DNA from: a bacterium
GTDB lineage: Bacteria > Patescibacteriota > Patescibacteriia > Patescibacteriales > JAKAJF01
Reading direction: 5' to 3'
Assembly (NCBI GenBank): GCA_021788015.1
Contig: JAJYLD010000004.1
Span: 3,580-67,579, forward strand
DNA length: 64,000 bases
In this document: in pieces, positions 29,380-36,944 of the stretch
Layout: the number at the start of each line of letters is the position of its first letter
Position numbering within the stretch: the stretch's first letter is position 1
Notes under the pieces: generated by a model
Database searches by the model: none
Seen by the model: the letters and a program-made list of their open reading frames with translations, nothing else
Told to the model about the DNA's origin: nothing
Position numbers and translations under genes: made by a program

Positions 29380-29790
29380 ATGGAAAAAGAAGTTGTCCTC
29401 GTTCATGTGGTCGCCGGGGCTGTTATTAAAAAAGATAACAAATATCTTTTGGTCCAGGAAAAATGGGAAAAGGTTTACGGTCTTTGGAATTTTCCCGCCG
29501 GCCGCGTCGATGTCGGCGATACGATTGAAGAAACCGCGATTAAGGAAGCGCGAGAAGAGACCGGTTTCGAAGTCGAGCTCATACGAAAAATAGGAATTCA
29601 CCAAGAAACGGCGACTGAAGCCGTAAAGCACGCTTTCGAAGTGAGAATTATCGGCGGTGAATTGAAATTTTCTCCCGAAGAATTGTTGGATGCCAAATGG
29701 TTTACATTCGAGGAAATAAAAAACATGAAAGACAAACTTAGGAGTAATTGGATTTTGGCAACGATTAAAATTTTAGAAGGGGAAATTTAA
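29380..29790 (+). CDS. NUDIX hydrolase
   Basis: Nudix box 'GRVDVGDTIEETAIKEAREETG'. Confidence 0.85.
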   Translation: MEKEVVLVHVVAGAVIKKDNKYLLVQEKWEKVYGLWNFPAGRVDVGDTIEETAIKEAREETGFEVELIRKIGIHQETATEAVKHAFEVRIIGGELKFSPEELLDAKWFTFEEIKNMKDKLRSNWILATIKILEGEI

Positions 29791-29838
29791 AACCAACGAT
29801 CGCAGAATTAAAATGCGGTTCGCAGTTTTAGGAAAATA

Positions 29839-30492
29839 ATGTTAAAAATAAAAGATTTTACCATAAAGAATTTAAAAAGCGGCAAACTAAAAAAAGCGTT
29901 TCCTGAATTTTATGAATTGAAAAACGTCATCGAAAGAGATCCGGTTTGGCATAACAACGAATCGACATTCGACCACACCCTTTCAGTTTTAAAAAATTTG
30001 GAAAAAATTATAAAGAGGAATAAAAAATTAAAAAAATATTTGGAAAAAAAAGTAATTGAAAATAAAAAGAAGGACCTGTTATTTCTGGCAACGGTTTTTC
30101 ATGACCTGGGCAAAAAAGAAACATTGACTAGAATAGGCGAAAAGTTTTCTTTTCCAAGACATGAATTAGTCAGCGCAAAAAAAGCGTTAAGAATTTTGCA
30201 TGGTCTTAATTTAAAAAAGGAAGAGAAAAAAATTATTTTGGGCATAGTCAAAAATCATTCAAAGCCATATTCCATTGTTTCGGAAAATAATGATAATTTG
30301 GAAAAAGAGTTTAAATCTTTCGGCAGAAAAAATAAAGATTACATAATCGAACTTATTACGATGATTATGGCGGACATGTCTGATTCGCCTTTACGAAAAA
30401 ACGATCCCGAAAAATTCAAATTCAGAATAAAATTTTATTTAAAAACATTAAATAAAGCATATGAAAATTCCCAAACTTTTAAAACTCGATAA
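29839..30492 (+). CDS. HD-domain protein
   Basis: 'FDHTLSV' and 'VFHDLGK' (H...HD metal site). Confidence 0.6.
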   Translation: MLKIKDFTIKNLKSGKLKKAFPEFYELKNVIERDPVWHNNESTFDHTLSVLKNLEKIIKRNKKLKKYLEKKVIENKKKDLLFLATVFHDLGKKETLTRIGEKFSFPRHELVSAKKALRILHGLNLKKEEKKIILGIVKNHSKPYSIVSENNDNLEKEFKSFGRKNKDYIIELITMIMADMSDSPLRKNDPEKFKFRIKFYLKTLNKAYENSQTFKTR

Positions 30493-31264
30493 ACCTTTGG
30501 TTGTGTTCGACGTGGAAACAACCGGCTTGTCTTTAAGCGTGGATCGGATTATCGAAATCGCTTATCTAAAAATTTTTCCGGACGGACGGATGTTAAAAGA
30601 CGACATATTTTTGAATCCGGAAATAAAAATTTCCGAAGAAGCCGTCGCCGTGCACGGCATTACGGACGAGCAAGTCGCGGGCGAGGCGACTTTTAAAGAC
30701 GTGGCGCGTGACCTGTGGGGCATTTTTGAAAATTCCTATTATTCCGGATTCAATATTATCGGTTTCGATTTGCCCATTTTAAAACGAGAGTTCTTGCGCG
30801 CGGGCATGAATTTCGAATATCATAGCTCGGATGTCGTAGATTCAAAGGTGATTTACAACTATATGGAGCCGCGCACTCTTTCCGCAGCTTACAAAAATTA
30901 CTGCGGCAAAGATCATTATGACGCTCATAGCGCCTTGGCCGATGTCGAGGCGACCGCGGAAGTGCTCGAAGCCCAGCTTGAAAAATACGAAGAAATCCGC
31001 GACTGGGATTTCATAAAAAAAATCCATTATGCCCGGGACGAACGTTTTGTCGACAACGATCGCAAATTTTATTGGCGAAACGGCGAGGCGCATTTTTCTT
31101 TCTCGAAATACCGCGATGTGTCCTTGGCAAAGGTGGTGCGGATTGATCCCGGATTCTTGGAATGGATTTTGAATTCCGATTTTTCCGAAGAAACAAAAAA
31201 TATCGTTGCCCGCGCCCTTGACGGAAAATTTCCGGAGAAGCCTTCCTTGACTGGGAGGACGTAA
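30461..31264 (+). CDS. DEDDh 3'-5' exonuclease (DnaQ/epsilon-like) with C-terminal extension
   Basis: ExoI 'VVFDVETTGL', ExoII 'GFNIIGFDLPIL', ExoIII 'HSALADVEAT'. Confidence 0.8.
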   Translation: MKIPKLLKLDKPLVVFDVETTGLSLSVDRIIEIAYLKIFPDGRMLKDDIFLNPEIKISEEAVAVHGITDEQVAGEATFKDVARDLWGIFENSYYSGFNIIGFDLPILKREFLRAGMNFEYHSSDVVDSKVIYNYMEPRTLSAAYKNYCGKDHYDAHSALADVEATAEVLEAQLEKYEEIRDWDFIKKIHYARDERFVDNDRKFYWRNGEAHFSFSKYRDVSLAKVVRIDPGFLEWILNSDFSEETKNIVARALDGKFPEKPSLTGRT

Positions 31265-31367
31265 GATGTTACGATTAAACTGTTAAATTTAAAAGTTAAA
31301 AAATATTTCAAAAAAGCAATTTGGGAAGATATCAAGGAGAGGATCGAGCGGTAATATAAAGAGAATT

Positions 31368-32780
31368 TTGCTTTCCGGAGGAACGAGCCTGCTGATATTC
31401 TTGTTAAAATTGTTGTTACTTTTAAAGAGGTTCATTACCGCTTTTTTTGTTAGACCGATTTACAAAATCGGAAGAATTATTTTACGTTTTGTTTTTTACA
31501 AATTTGTCGTGAAGGGTTATCAGTTTTATTTGTCGGCGGTAAAAAAATTAGGCTGGGAAGATTTTCGCGACAGCCCCTTTCTTTTTTTACTCCGGCAAAA
31601 AATGGTGCACATAACGGTGGTTGTTCTGACTTTGCTCATTGTTTTTTCGAATTTAACCGCCAAGGCGCAAACGGAAGGAAGCACGAACGTGGCGAACAAA
31701 ACGATTTTAGCCGGCCTCATCCAAAGCGAGTTTGACAATACCGATGTGCCCATAACCGAAGAAGGCGCCGCGGGAGACCTGACAGGCGTACAAACTTATT
31801 CGGGCAACAACACAGAACCGAATTCTCTCTCCGGCACGAATAATGAAAATACGGGGCTTATGGTCAATCAAAACGGGACCGCCTTGCTCAAGCCGGACAT
31901 TTTTTCGACTTCCACCGAAAATATTCAATCCAGGACCGGGATTGTTTACTATACCGTACAGCCCGGAGATGTTATCGGCAAAATCGCGCATGATTTCGGT
32001 TTGAAAATCAATACGATTTTATGGGAAAATAATTTGACCGCGAACAGCCTTATCAGACCGGGAGACAAGCTCGCCATTTTACCCATGGACGGAATCAGCT
32101 ATACGGTTGGAAGCGGCGACAGTTTAAACAAAATCGCATCGACATACAATGTAAACGCGGACAGCATTGCCGAAGCCAACAATTTAAATTCCAATCAAGG
32201 TTTGCAAGTCGGGCAGAAGTTGTTCATTCCGGGAGGAAGAAAAATTGTCAGTCTGGCCAACAATGATAATAGTGGCGGCAACAATGGCAACAGCGGCGGC
32301 AGTTCCGACAATTCCGGCAATAGCGGCAACAACAATGACAACGGACAAAGCTATTCCGGTTTGCAGATTTTGAAAAATTTAATCAGCTCAAAAAAGCCCG
32401 CCGCCCATTCCGTTTCCGCGGGCGGGAAATTGGCCTGGCCGACCGTCGGTTACACGATTACCCAATATTATTCCTGGAGACACCAGGCGATTGATATCGC
32501 CAATCATATCGGCACGCCCATTTACGCCGCCGATGACGGCACGATTATCAAGGCGGGATGGAGCACGGGGTACGGAAACAACATAGTTATCGATCACGGC
32601 AACGGTATGGAAACGAGATACGCCCATCTTTCCAAATTCGATGTTTCCGTGGGCGACCAAGTCGTAAAAGGGCAACAGATCGGGGAAATGGGTTCGACCG
32701 GCTGGAGCACGGGACCGCATGTCCATTTTGAAGTCATTATCAACGGAGTCAAATATAACCCGTTAAATTATTTACGTTAG
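31368..32780 (+). CDS. LysM-domain M23 family metallopeptidase (start uncertain)
   Basis: Two LysM repeats ('YTVQPGDVIGKIAHDFG', 'YTVGSGDSLNKIASTYN'), a GN/S-rich linker, and M23 'HQAIDI...GYGNNIVIDHGNGMETRYAHL...STGPHVHFEV'. Confidence 0.85.
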   Translation: MLSGGTSLLIFLLKLLLLLKRFITAFFVRPIYKIGRIILRFVFYKFVVKGYQFYLSAVKKLGWEDFRDSPFLFLLRQKMVHITVVVLTLLIVFSNLTAKAQTEGSTNVANKTILAGLIQSEFDNTDVPITEEGAAGDLTGVQTYSGNNTEPNSLSGTNNENTGLMVNQNGTALLKPDIFSTSTENIQSRTGIVYYTVQPGDVIGKIAHDFGLKINTILWENNLTANSLIRPGDKLAILPMDGISYTVGSGDSLNKIASTYNVNADSIAEANNLNSNQGLQVGQKLFIPGGRKIVSLANNDNSGGNNGNSGGSSDNSGNSGNNNDNGQSYSGLQILKNLISSKKPAAHSVSAGGKLAWPTVGYTITQYYSWRHQAIDIANHIGTPIYAADDGTIIKAGWSTGYGNNIVIDHGNGMETRYAHLSKFDVSVGDQVVKGQQIGEMGSTGWSTGPHVHFEVIINGVKYNPLNYLR

Positions 32781-32864
32781 TTAATCGGTTAGTTGGTTAA
32801 TCATTTGCGTGGTTTAAAATTTAAATAGCAACAAATTAACCGATTAACTAATCAACTAACTAAC
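32776..32864. repeat. inverted repeat built from 'ttaa(t/c)c/ggtta' units (hairpin/terminator)
   Basis: 'gttagttaatcggttagttggttaatc' faces 'attaaccgattaactaatcaactaactaac'. Confidence 0.6.
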
Positions 32865-32884
32865 TATTTATTAACTAAAAAAAT

Positions 32885-33139
32885 ATGACAATTATTTTGG
32901 GATTAATCATTATTGTCGTCGGCGCCTTGCTTGTGATAAAATCGGAAGCGATATTCAATGCGTTCGGCCGGATCGCGTTTTTTGACAAGTATTTAGGCAC
33001 CGAAGGCGGGTCTCGTCTCGGCTATAAGCTGATCGGAATTTTGTTTATTTTTATAGGGACATTGATGGTGACGGGTCTGATTAACGGGTTTATGGAATGG
33101 CTTTTGTCGCCATTGATCATGGCCGGCAGACCGCAATAA
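32885..33139 (+). CDS. small membrane protein (84 aa)
   Basis: Two or three hydrophobic helices. No motif recognised. Confidence 0.5.
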   Translation: MTIILGLIIIVVGALLVIKSEAIFNAFGRIAFFDKYLGTEGGSRLGYKLIGILFIFIGTLMVTGLINGFMEWLLSPLIMAGRPQ

Positions 33140-33177
33140 ACTAAGTTGATTTATTGTTAATTGTTAACTGTTAAAAG

Positions 33178-34797
33178 TTAATGGTTTTTTTGGGCCCTTA
33201 GCTCATTTGGTAGAGTACCTGCTTTGCACGCAGGGGGTGAGGAGTTCGAGCCTCCTAGGGTCCACCATAAGATACTTTCAGAATTTTTTGAGCCAGACGG
33301 AAGGATTGCCTCGCGGCTTCGCCGCTCGGCTAAGCCGCTTTGCGCAAGGCGCAAAGCGGCAAAATCCCACGGCTCGCCAAACAAAACGGAAACGGATTTG
33401 TCCAAAAGCAAGGGGTTCGTTCCAATCTTTTGGACAAATGCCTTAATTTCTCCGAAACTCTCGCTCTGCGAGAGTTTTTCGGCTTTATTCGCGTCTAAAA
33501 TCCACGCCCGCAAGGGTTGGAGCCAATTCTTTCCCGTTCGTCCAAAATCCTCCAAATCGTTCGCAAGAGAAACTTTTTGCTTCAAAAGTTCCTCCTTTTT
33601 CGCCAAATAGTTTTCTTTGGGAATATCGCCGTCAATGTAGGCGGAAACTAACTTGTCCAGTTTCTCTTGCGTATCCGCTAATTTGGATTTCAGATTTTGG
33701 ACGAACGATTGCGATGAGCGGACATTTTCTTTTTGCCATTCATCTACTTGCCTCAACATTTTTCCTGTCCACTCATCGCAAATGGCAACGCTTTTGAGCC
33801 GTGCCTTAAGTTGCGCGACAAGATTGCTTTCTTGCACATACTTTTGCGAACATACACCTTTCTTTTTGGTGCAACGATAGTAGCGATATATGCCGCCGCA
33901 CTTGCCGCGCGAAAATTGCGCCGTGATCGCCGAGCCGCACTCTCCGCAAGAAAGTAATCCGGTAAATGGGAAGTCATGGCGTTGCTTGCTCTTGCGGGGT
34001 TTGGCACGGCGCAATAAGACATTCTGCACGGCTTCAAAAAGCGTTGCGGAAAGAATTGGCTCAAAGCGTCCTTCGTGATACTCGCCCTTGTGCTTCACCA
34101 AACCTAGATATGCTTGGTTGGTGAGCATTCGCGATATGGACGCTTTGGCAAGTGGCGTTCGGTGCCGCGTTTCCAAACCAAGTTCAGCCAAAAACTCCGC
34201 CATAGTTTCCAGCGTATGCGTCCCTTTGGCGTATTCCTCAAACGCGCGGACGATAACTTTGGATAATGTCGGGTGCGGCTCAATCGTACGCGTTTTCGGA
34301 TTATTCACATAGCCAAAGGGCGCTTTGGTCAGCCACTCTCCGCGGCGGAGTTTTTGGCGGATACCGCGATTGATATTTTCAACGAGGTTATCGCTGTAAT
34401 ACTTGGATTGACCGAACGCCACTTGCAACATAAACAACCCTTGCGGCGTGGGCTCAAACCAAAATGTCGGAAAGCGCAAAGAAACGATTTTTTGCGTGTC
34501 CACGAGATAAATGACTTTGCCGCCGTCCACCGAATTACGCGCCAACCTGTCGGGGTGCCACGCGAGTATGCCCACACCGTCCATTTTCTCAATTTCGTTC
34601 ATCATAGCGGCAAACATTTCTCGTCCGGGTTTCTTTGCGCTTTTCGCCTCTTGAAATTCTTGGATAATTTCAAGATTTTCTCTACGCGCATATTCGCGCA
34701 ATTCAAAGAGTTGAGCTTCAATACTCATAATTTGGTGGTCGTCATCTTCCGTTGATTTGCGAGCGTAGAGAAAATATTTTGGTTTGAGCATATTCAT
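33178..34797 (-). CDS. large serine recombinase (resolvase domain, recombinase domain, zinc ribbon)
   Basis: 'YARKSTEDDD' catalytic Ser, 'AWHPDRLARN', zinc ribbon 'CGECGSAITAQ...YYRCTKKKGVC', coiled-coil tail. The last ~70 codons run through IR-A and antisense tRNA-Ala, so the true C-terminus is uncertain. Confidence 0.85.
   Translation of the reverse strand: MNMLKPKYFLYARKSTEDDDHQIMSIEAQLFELREYARRENLEIIQEFQEAKSAKKPGREMFAAMMNEIEKMDGVGILAWHPDRLARNSVDGGKVIYLVDTQKIVSLRFPTFWFEPTPQGLFMLQVAFGQSKYYSDNLVENINRGIRQKLRRGEWLTKAPFGYVNNPKTRTIEPHPTLSKVIVRAFEEYAKGTHTLETMAEFLAELGLETRHRTPLAKASISRMLTNQAYLGLVKHKGEYHEGRFEPILSATLFEAVQNVLLRRAKPRKSKQRHDFPFTGLLSCGECGSAITAQFSRGKCGGIYRYYRCTKKKGVCSQKYVQESNLVAQLKARLKSVAICDEWTGKMLRQVDEWQKENVRSSQSFVQNLKSKLADTQEKLDKLVSAYIDGDIPKENYLAKKEELLKQKVSLANDLEDFGRTGKNWLQPLRAWILDANKAEKLSQSESFGEIKAFVQKIGTNPLLLDKSVSVLFGEPWDFAALRLAQSGLAERRSREAILPSGSKNSESILWWTLGGSNSSPPACKAGTLPNELRAQKNH
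33192..33267 (+). tRNA. tRNA-Ala (anticodon UGC), CCA encoded
   Basis: GGGCCCT TA GCTC ATTTGGTA GAGT A CCTGC TTTGCAC GCAGG GGGTG AGGAG TTCGAGC CTCCT AGGGTCC A CCA. G3-U70 alanine identity pair present. Confidence 0.9.
33262..33393 (+). repeat. IR-A, left copy (132 bp)
   Basis: Reverse complement of 34820-34951 with no mismatch seen by eye. Also visible as identical peptide 'IRYFQNFLSQTEGLPRGFAARLSRFAQGAKRQNPTARQTKRK' in ORFs 33207..33446 (+) and 34794..35183 (-). Confidence 0.9.
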
Positions 34798-34819
34798 ATT
34801 ATTTTAGACGCGAATAAAG

Positions 34820-34951
34820 GTTTCCGTTTTGTTTGGCGAGCCGTGGGATTTTGCCGCTTTGCGCCTTGCGCAAAGCGGCTTAGCCGAGCGGCGAAGCCGC
34901 GAGGCAATCCTTCCGTCTGGCTCAAAAAATTCTGAAAGTATCTTATGGTGG
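34820..34951 (-). repeat. IR-A, right (inverted) copy
   Basis: Reverse complement of 33262-33393. Lies immediately upstream of the recombinase start codon. Confidence 0.9.
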
Positions 34952-35104
34952 GATATTCTAAACTTTGCGCGAAACTATTTTGAGGGAAACTGACCCGCCT
35001 CCGCTTCGCTCCGGCGGAACGCTCGGGCGCGGCGGAATTCCCCCCACACCCCCCTTCCGCCGCGCCCTCGCTTCTGGCATTTCGGCGAAAAAATCCGGCG
35101 GCTA
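34947..35104 (+). repeat. IR-B, left copy (158 bp)
   Basis: Reverse complement of 36695-36852. Shares the 'ggtgg' core with IR-A. Mirrored ORF peptides 'MRETILRETDPPPLRSGGTLGRGGIPPTPPFRRALASGISAKKSGGY' appear in 34965..35162 (+) and 36538..36834 (-). Confidence 0.9.
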
Positions 35105-35211
35105 CAAAATCAGAAACCACACATTGAAAAAATCTACGATTTTTGCTATGATTGTTTTGTGAGCAAAGAAAGTAATGGCTCATATTTCTATACTATCAAA
35201 AGTAGCATACT

Positions 35212-35409
35212 ATGGCAACTATATCACAGAACATAAAACGAGTGCGAACAAAACAGGGTTTGACGCAGGACGACTTGGCGAAGAAAGCCAATATTAAATA
35301 CTCTACTCTTACGAAAATTGAGGGCGGTGTCGTTACCAAACCGAGCGTTCAAACAATTCAAAAAATCGCCAAGTCGTTAGGCGTTCCGATTGAGGAATTA
35401 TTAAAATAA
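35212..35409 (+). CDS. XRE-family helix-turn-helix transcriptional regulator (65 aa)
   Basis: 'IKRVRTKQGLTQDDLAKKANIKYSTLTKIEGG...PSVQTIQKIAKSLGVPIEELL'. Confidence 0.85.
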   Translation: MATISQNIKRVRTKQGLTQDDLAKKANIKYSTLTKIEGGVVTKPSVQTIQKIAKSLGVPIEELLK

Positions 35410-35419
35410 CTTTCAAAAT

Positions 35420-36259
35420 ATGGAAATAATCATCTTTATTGTAATAGTGGTTCTCGCGGGTCTTATTTTCCGTGGTCTTTTTGATAGAAGCTGGCGAGCA
35501 AAAGCACAAGATAATATTGACGCTATTAGAAATTCAAAGAATTTTTGGTATTTGATGAGCCAAAAAATTAACGCGGAAAAAGTATTTTCTGCTTATTTAA
35601 GAACAAGAAATCAAAAAGACTATATTAGAGTTGGTGATTGTGTTATGGATATATACTCCAACAAAGAAGAAATCAATAAAAATGATTTTGATATCAAGAC
35701 TATTACAAAGGGAGATAGTATCAAAATCGTCAATTCTGTTTTGAATCCAAAAATACAAGAAAAAGAAAAAACAATAAGCGATATTCTATCAGAAAACAAA
35801 ATCAGTTTTACTGAAGATGAAATCCGTAAAGGTTTCAAAGAATATTTTGATGAACATTTTTGGAATATCGACGAGGTGCAAAAACACTACAATCGGTTTA
35901 TGACTGCTCATCTTGATTCCTTAGTGAAAAGCAATAAAACCGGAGCGGATATATGGAAAGTGCTTAAGGATTTTGCAGATAAGGACCATGAATTTGAATT
36001 CGATCGCTCCGGTGAAAAGCATGTGGAATTTTTGGAATCGCTTAAACTACTACAAAACGATGTTAAAAACTTCGTGATAGATTTGCTTTGCGGAAAAATC
36101 GACAATAAAGAAAAATCGCAAAAACTAAAAAAGGCATTTACAGAGTGGCAACAGCTTCATATGTTGCGGTGGTGTGTTGTCGATTTTAGTGTTTGGGAAA
36201 TTGGCAAGAACAAAATACAAACAGGTTTGTGGCGCATGGCTACAGCGATTTTTCTTTAG
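35420..36259 (+). CDS. hypothetical protein, N-terminal TM anchor (279 aa)
   Basis: 'MEIIIFIVIVVLAGLIF' anchor followed by a K/E/D-rich soluble region. No motif recognised. Confidence 0.6.
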   Translation: MEIIIFIVIVVLAGLIFRGLFDRSWRAKAQDNIDAIRNSKNFWYLMSQKINAEKVFSAYLRTRNQKDYIRVGDCVMDIYSNKEEINKNDFDIKTITKGDSIKIVNSVLNPKIQEKEKTISDILSENKISFTEDEIRKGFKEYFDEHFWNIDEVQKHYNRFMTAHLDSLVKSNKTGADIWKVLKDFADKDHEFEFDRSGEKHVEFLESLKLLQNDVKNFVIDLLCGKIDNKEKSQKLKKAFTEWQQLHMLRWCVVDFSVWEIGKNKIQTGLWRMATAIFL

Positions 36260-36262
36260 CAA

Positions 36263-36697
36263 ATGACCGACCCAATCCAAACAATTTTATCTGCTCTAAC
36301 ACTTCTTGGCTTGGGTGGAATACTCGGCGGATATGTGAGTTATCTTTTGGACAAGAAAAAGGAACGAGAGTTCAAGGTGTTAGAGCAGAAAGAAAAAAGG
36401 TACAAATCCTGCCTATTGTACATGGACGCATATTTTGAACCGAAAAATATAAAGTATCTTTCGAGCCGTCAACCCGATATTGATAATGCGCAAGATGTAA
36501 TTGAGTATCTGAAAATGGAGTTTTACGAGATGATGCTTTACGCCTCGAAAGATGTTATTCTTTCGGTGAAATCGTTTATCGAAAATCCTGTGCGTGAGAA
36601 TTTTCTCAAAACGATTTTGTCCATGAGGCAGGATTTGTCCAATAAAAATGATTTGGATTTGGGCAATATGATTTTAGAGGTCAAATCCAAATCATAG
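36263..36697 (+). CDS. hypothetical protein, N-terminal TM anchor (144 aa)
   Basis: 'ILSALTLLGLGGILGGYVSYLL' anchor followed by a helical region. The stop codon is the first triplet of IR-B right. Confidence 0.6.
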   Translation: MTDPIQTILSALTLLGLGGILGGYVSYLLDKKKEREFKVLEQKEKRYKSCLLYMDAYFEPKNIKYLSSRQPDIDNAQDVIEYLKMEFYEMMLYASKDVILSVKSFIENPVRENFLKTILSMRQDLSNKNDLDLGNMILEVKSKS

Positions 36698-36852
36698 CCG
36701 CCGGATTTTTTCGCCGAAATGCCAGAAGCGAGGGCGCGGCGGAAGGGGGGTGTGGGGGGAATTCCGCCGCGCCCGAGCGTTCCGCCGGAGCGAAGCGGAG
36801 GCGGGTCAGTTTCCCTCAAAATAGTTTCGCGCAAAGTTTAGAATATCCCACC
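36695..36852 (-). repeat. IR-B, right (inverted) copy, ending in core 'cccacc'
   Basis: Reverse complement of 34947-35104. Confidence 0.9.
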
Positions 36853-36886
36853 AAACAAAAAATTCGATTCATTCGGATTTTTTTGT

Positions 36887-36915
36887 TTGCCCCTATTTTT
36901 CTTTTTTGATATAAT
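36887..36915 (+). promoter_or_regulatory. sigma70-like promoter (TTGCCC-17-TATAAT, with TG extension)
   Basis: 'ttgccc' 36887-36892, 17-nt spacer ending in 'tga', 'tataat' 36910-36915. Lies outside IR-B. Confidence 0.5.
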
Positions 36916-36944
36916 ATTAGATAAATAATACATGAAATAAAAAT

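Larger units (their letters stand above)
33262..36852. mobile_element. ~3.6-kb integrated element at the tRNA-Ala 3' end (serine recombinase, 3-gene cargo, duplicated 285-bp inverted att-bearing repeat)
   Basis: 'ccacca' core at 33262 and 36848 (direct) and at 34946-34951 (inverted). Flank pattern is chrL-core-A, B-core-A (inverted), B-core-chrR. The repeats are GC-rich in an AT-rich context. Confidence 0.7.

Noticed and set aside
34794-35183. 129-aa ORF (-), plus ORFs 33207..33446, 33224..33610, 34965..35162 and 36538..36834
   Set aside because: Their translations are mirrored copies of each other because they read through the GC-rich inverted repeats A and B. They are best explained as repeat-derived open frames, not genes.
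36695-36944. Invertible promoter (phase variation) controlling the 1250-aa surface protein via repeat B
   Set aside because: A complete TTGCCC-17-TATAAT promoter lies outside the repeat (36887-36915). Inverting the cargo arc would therefore not move it.
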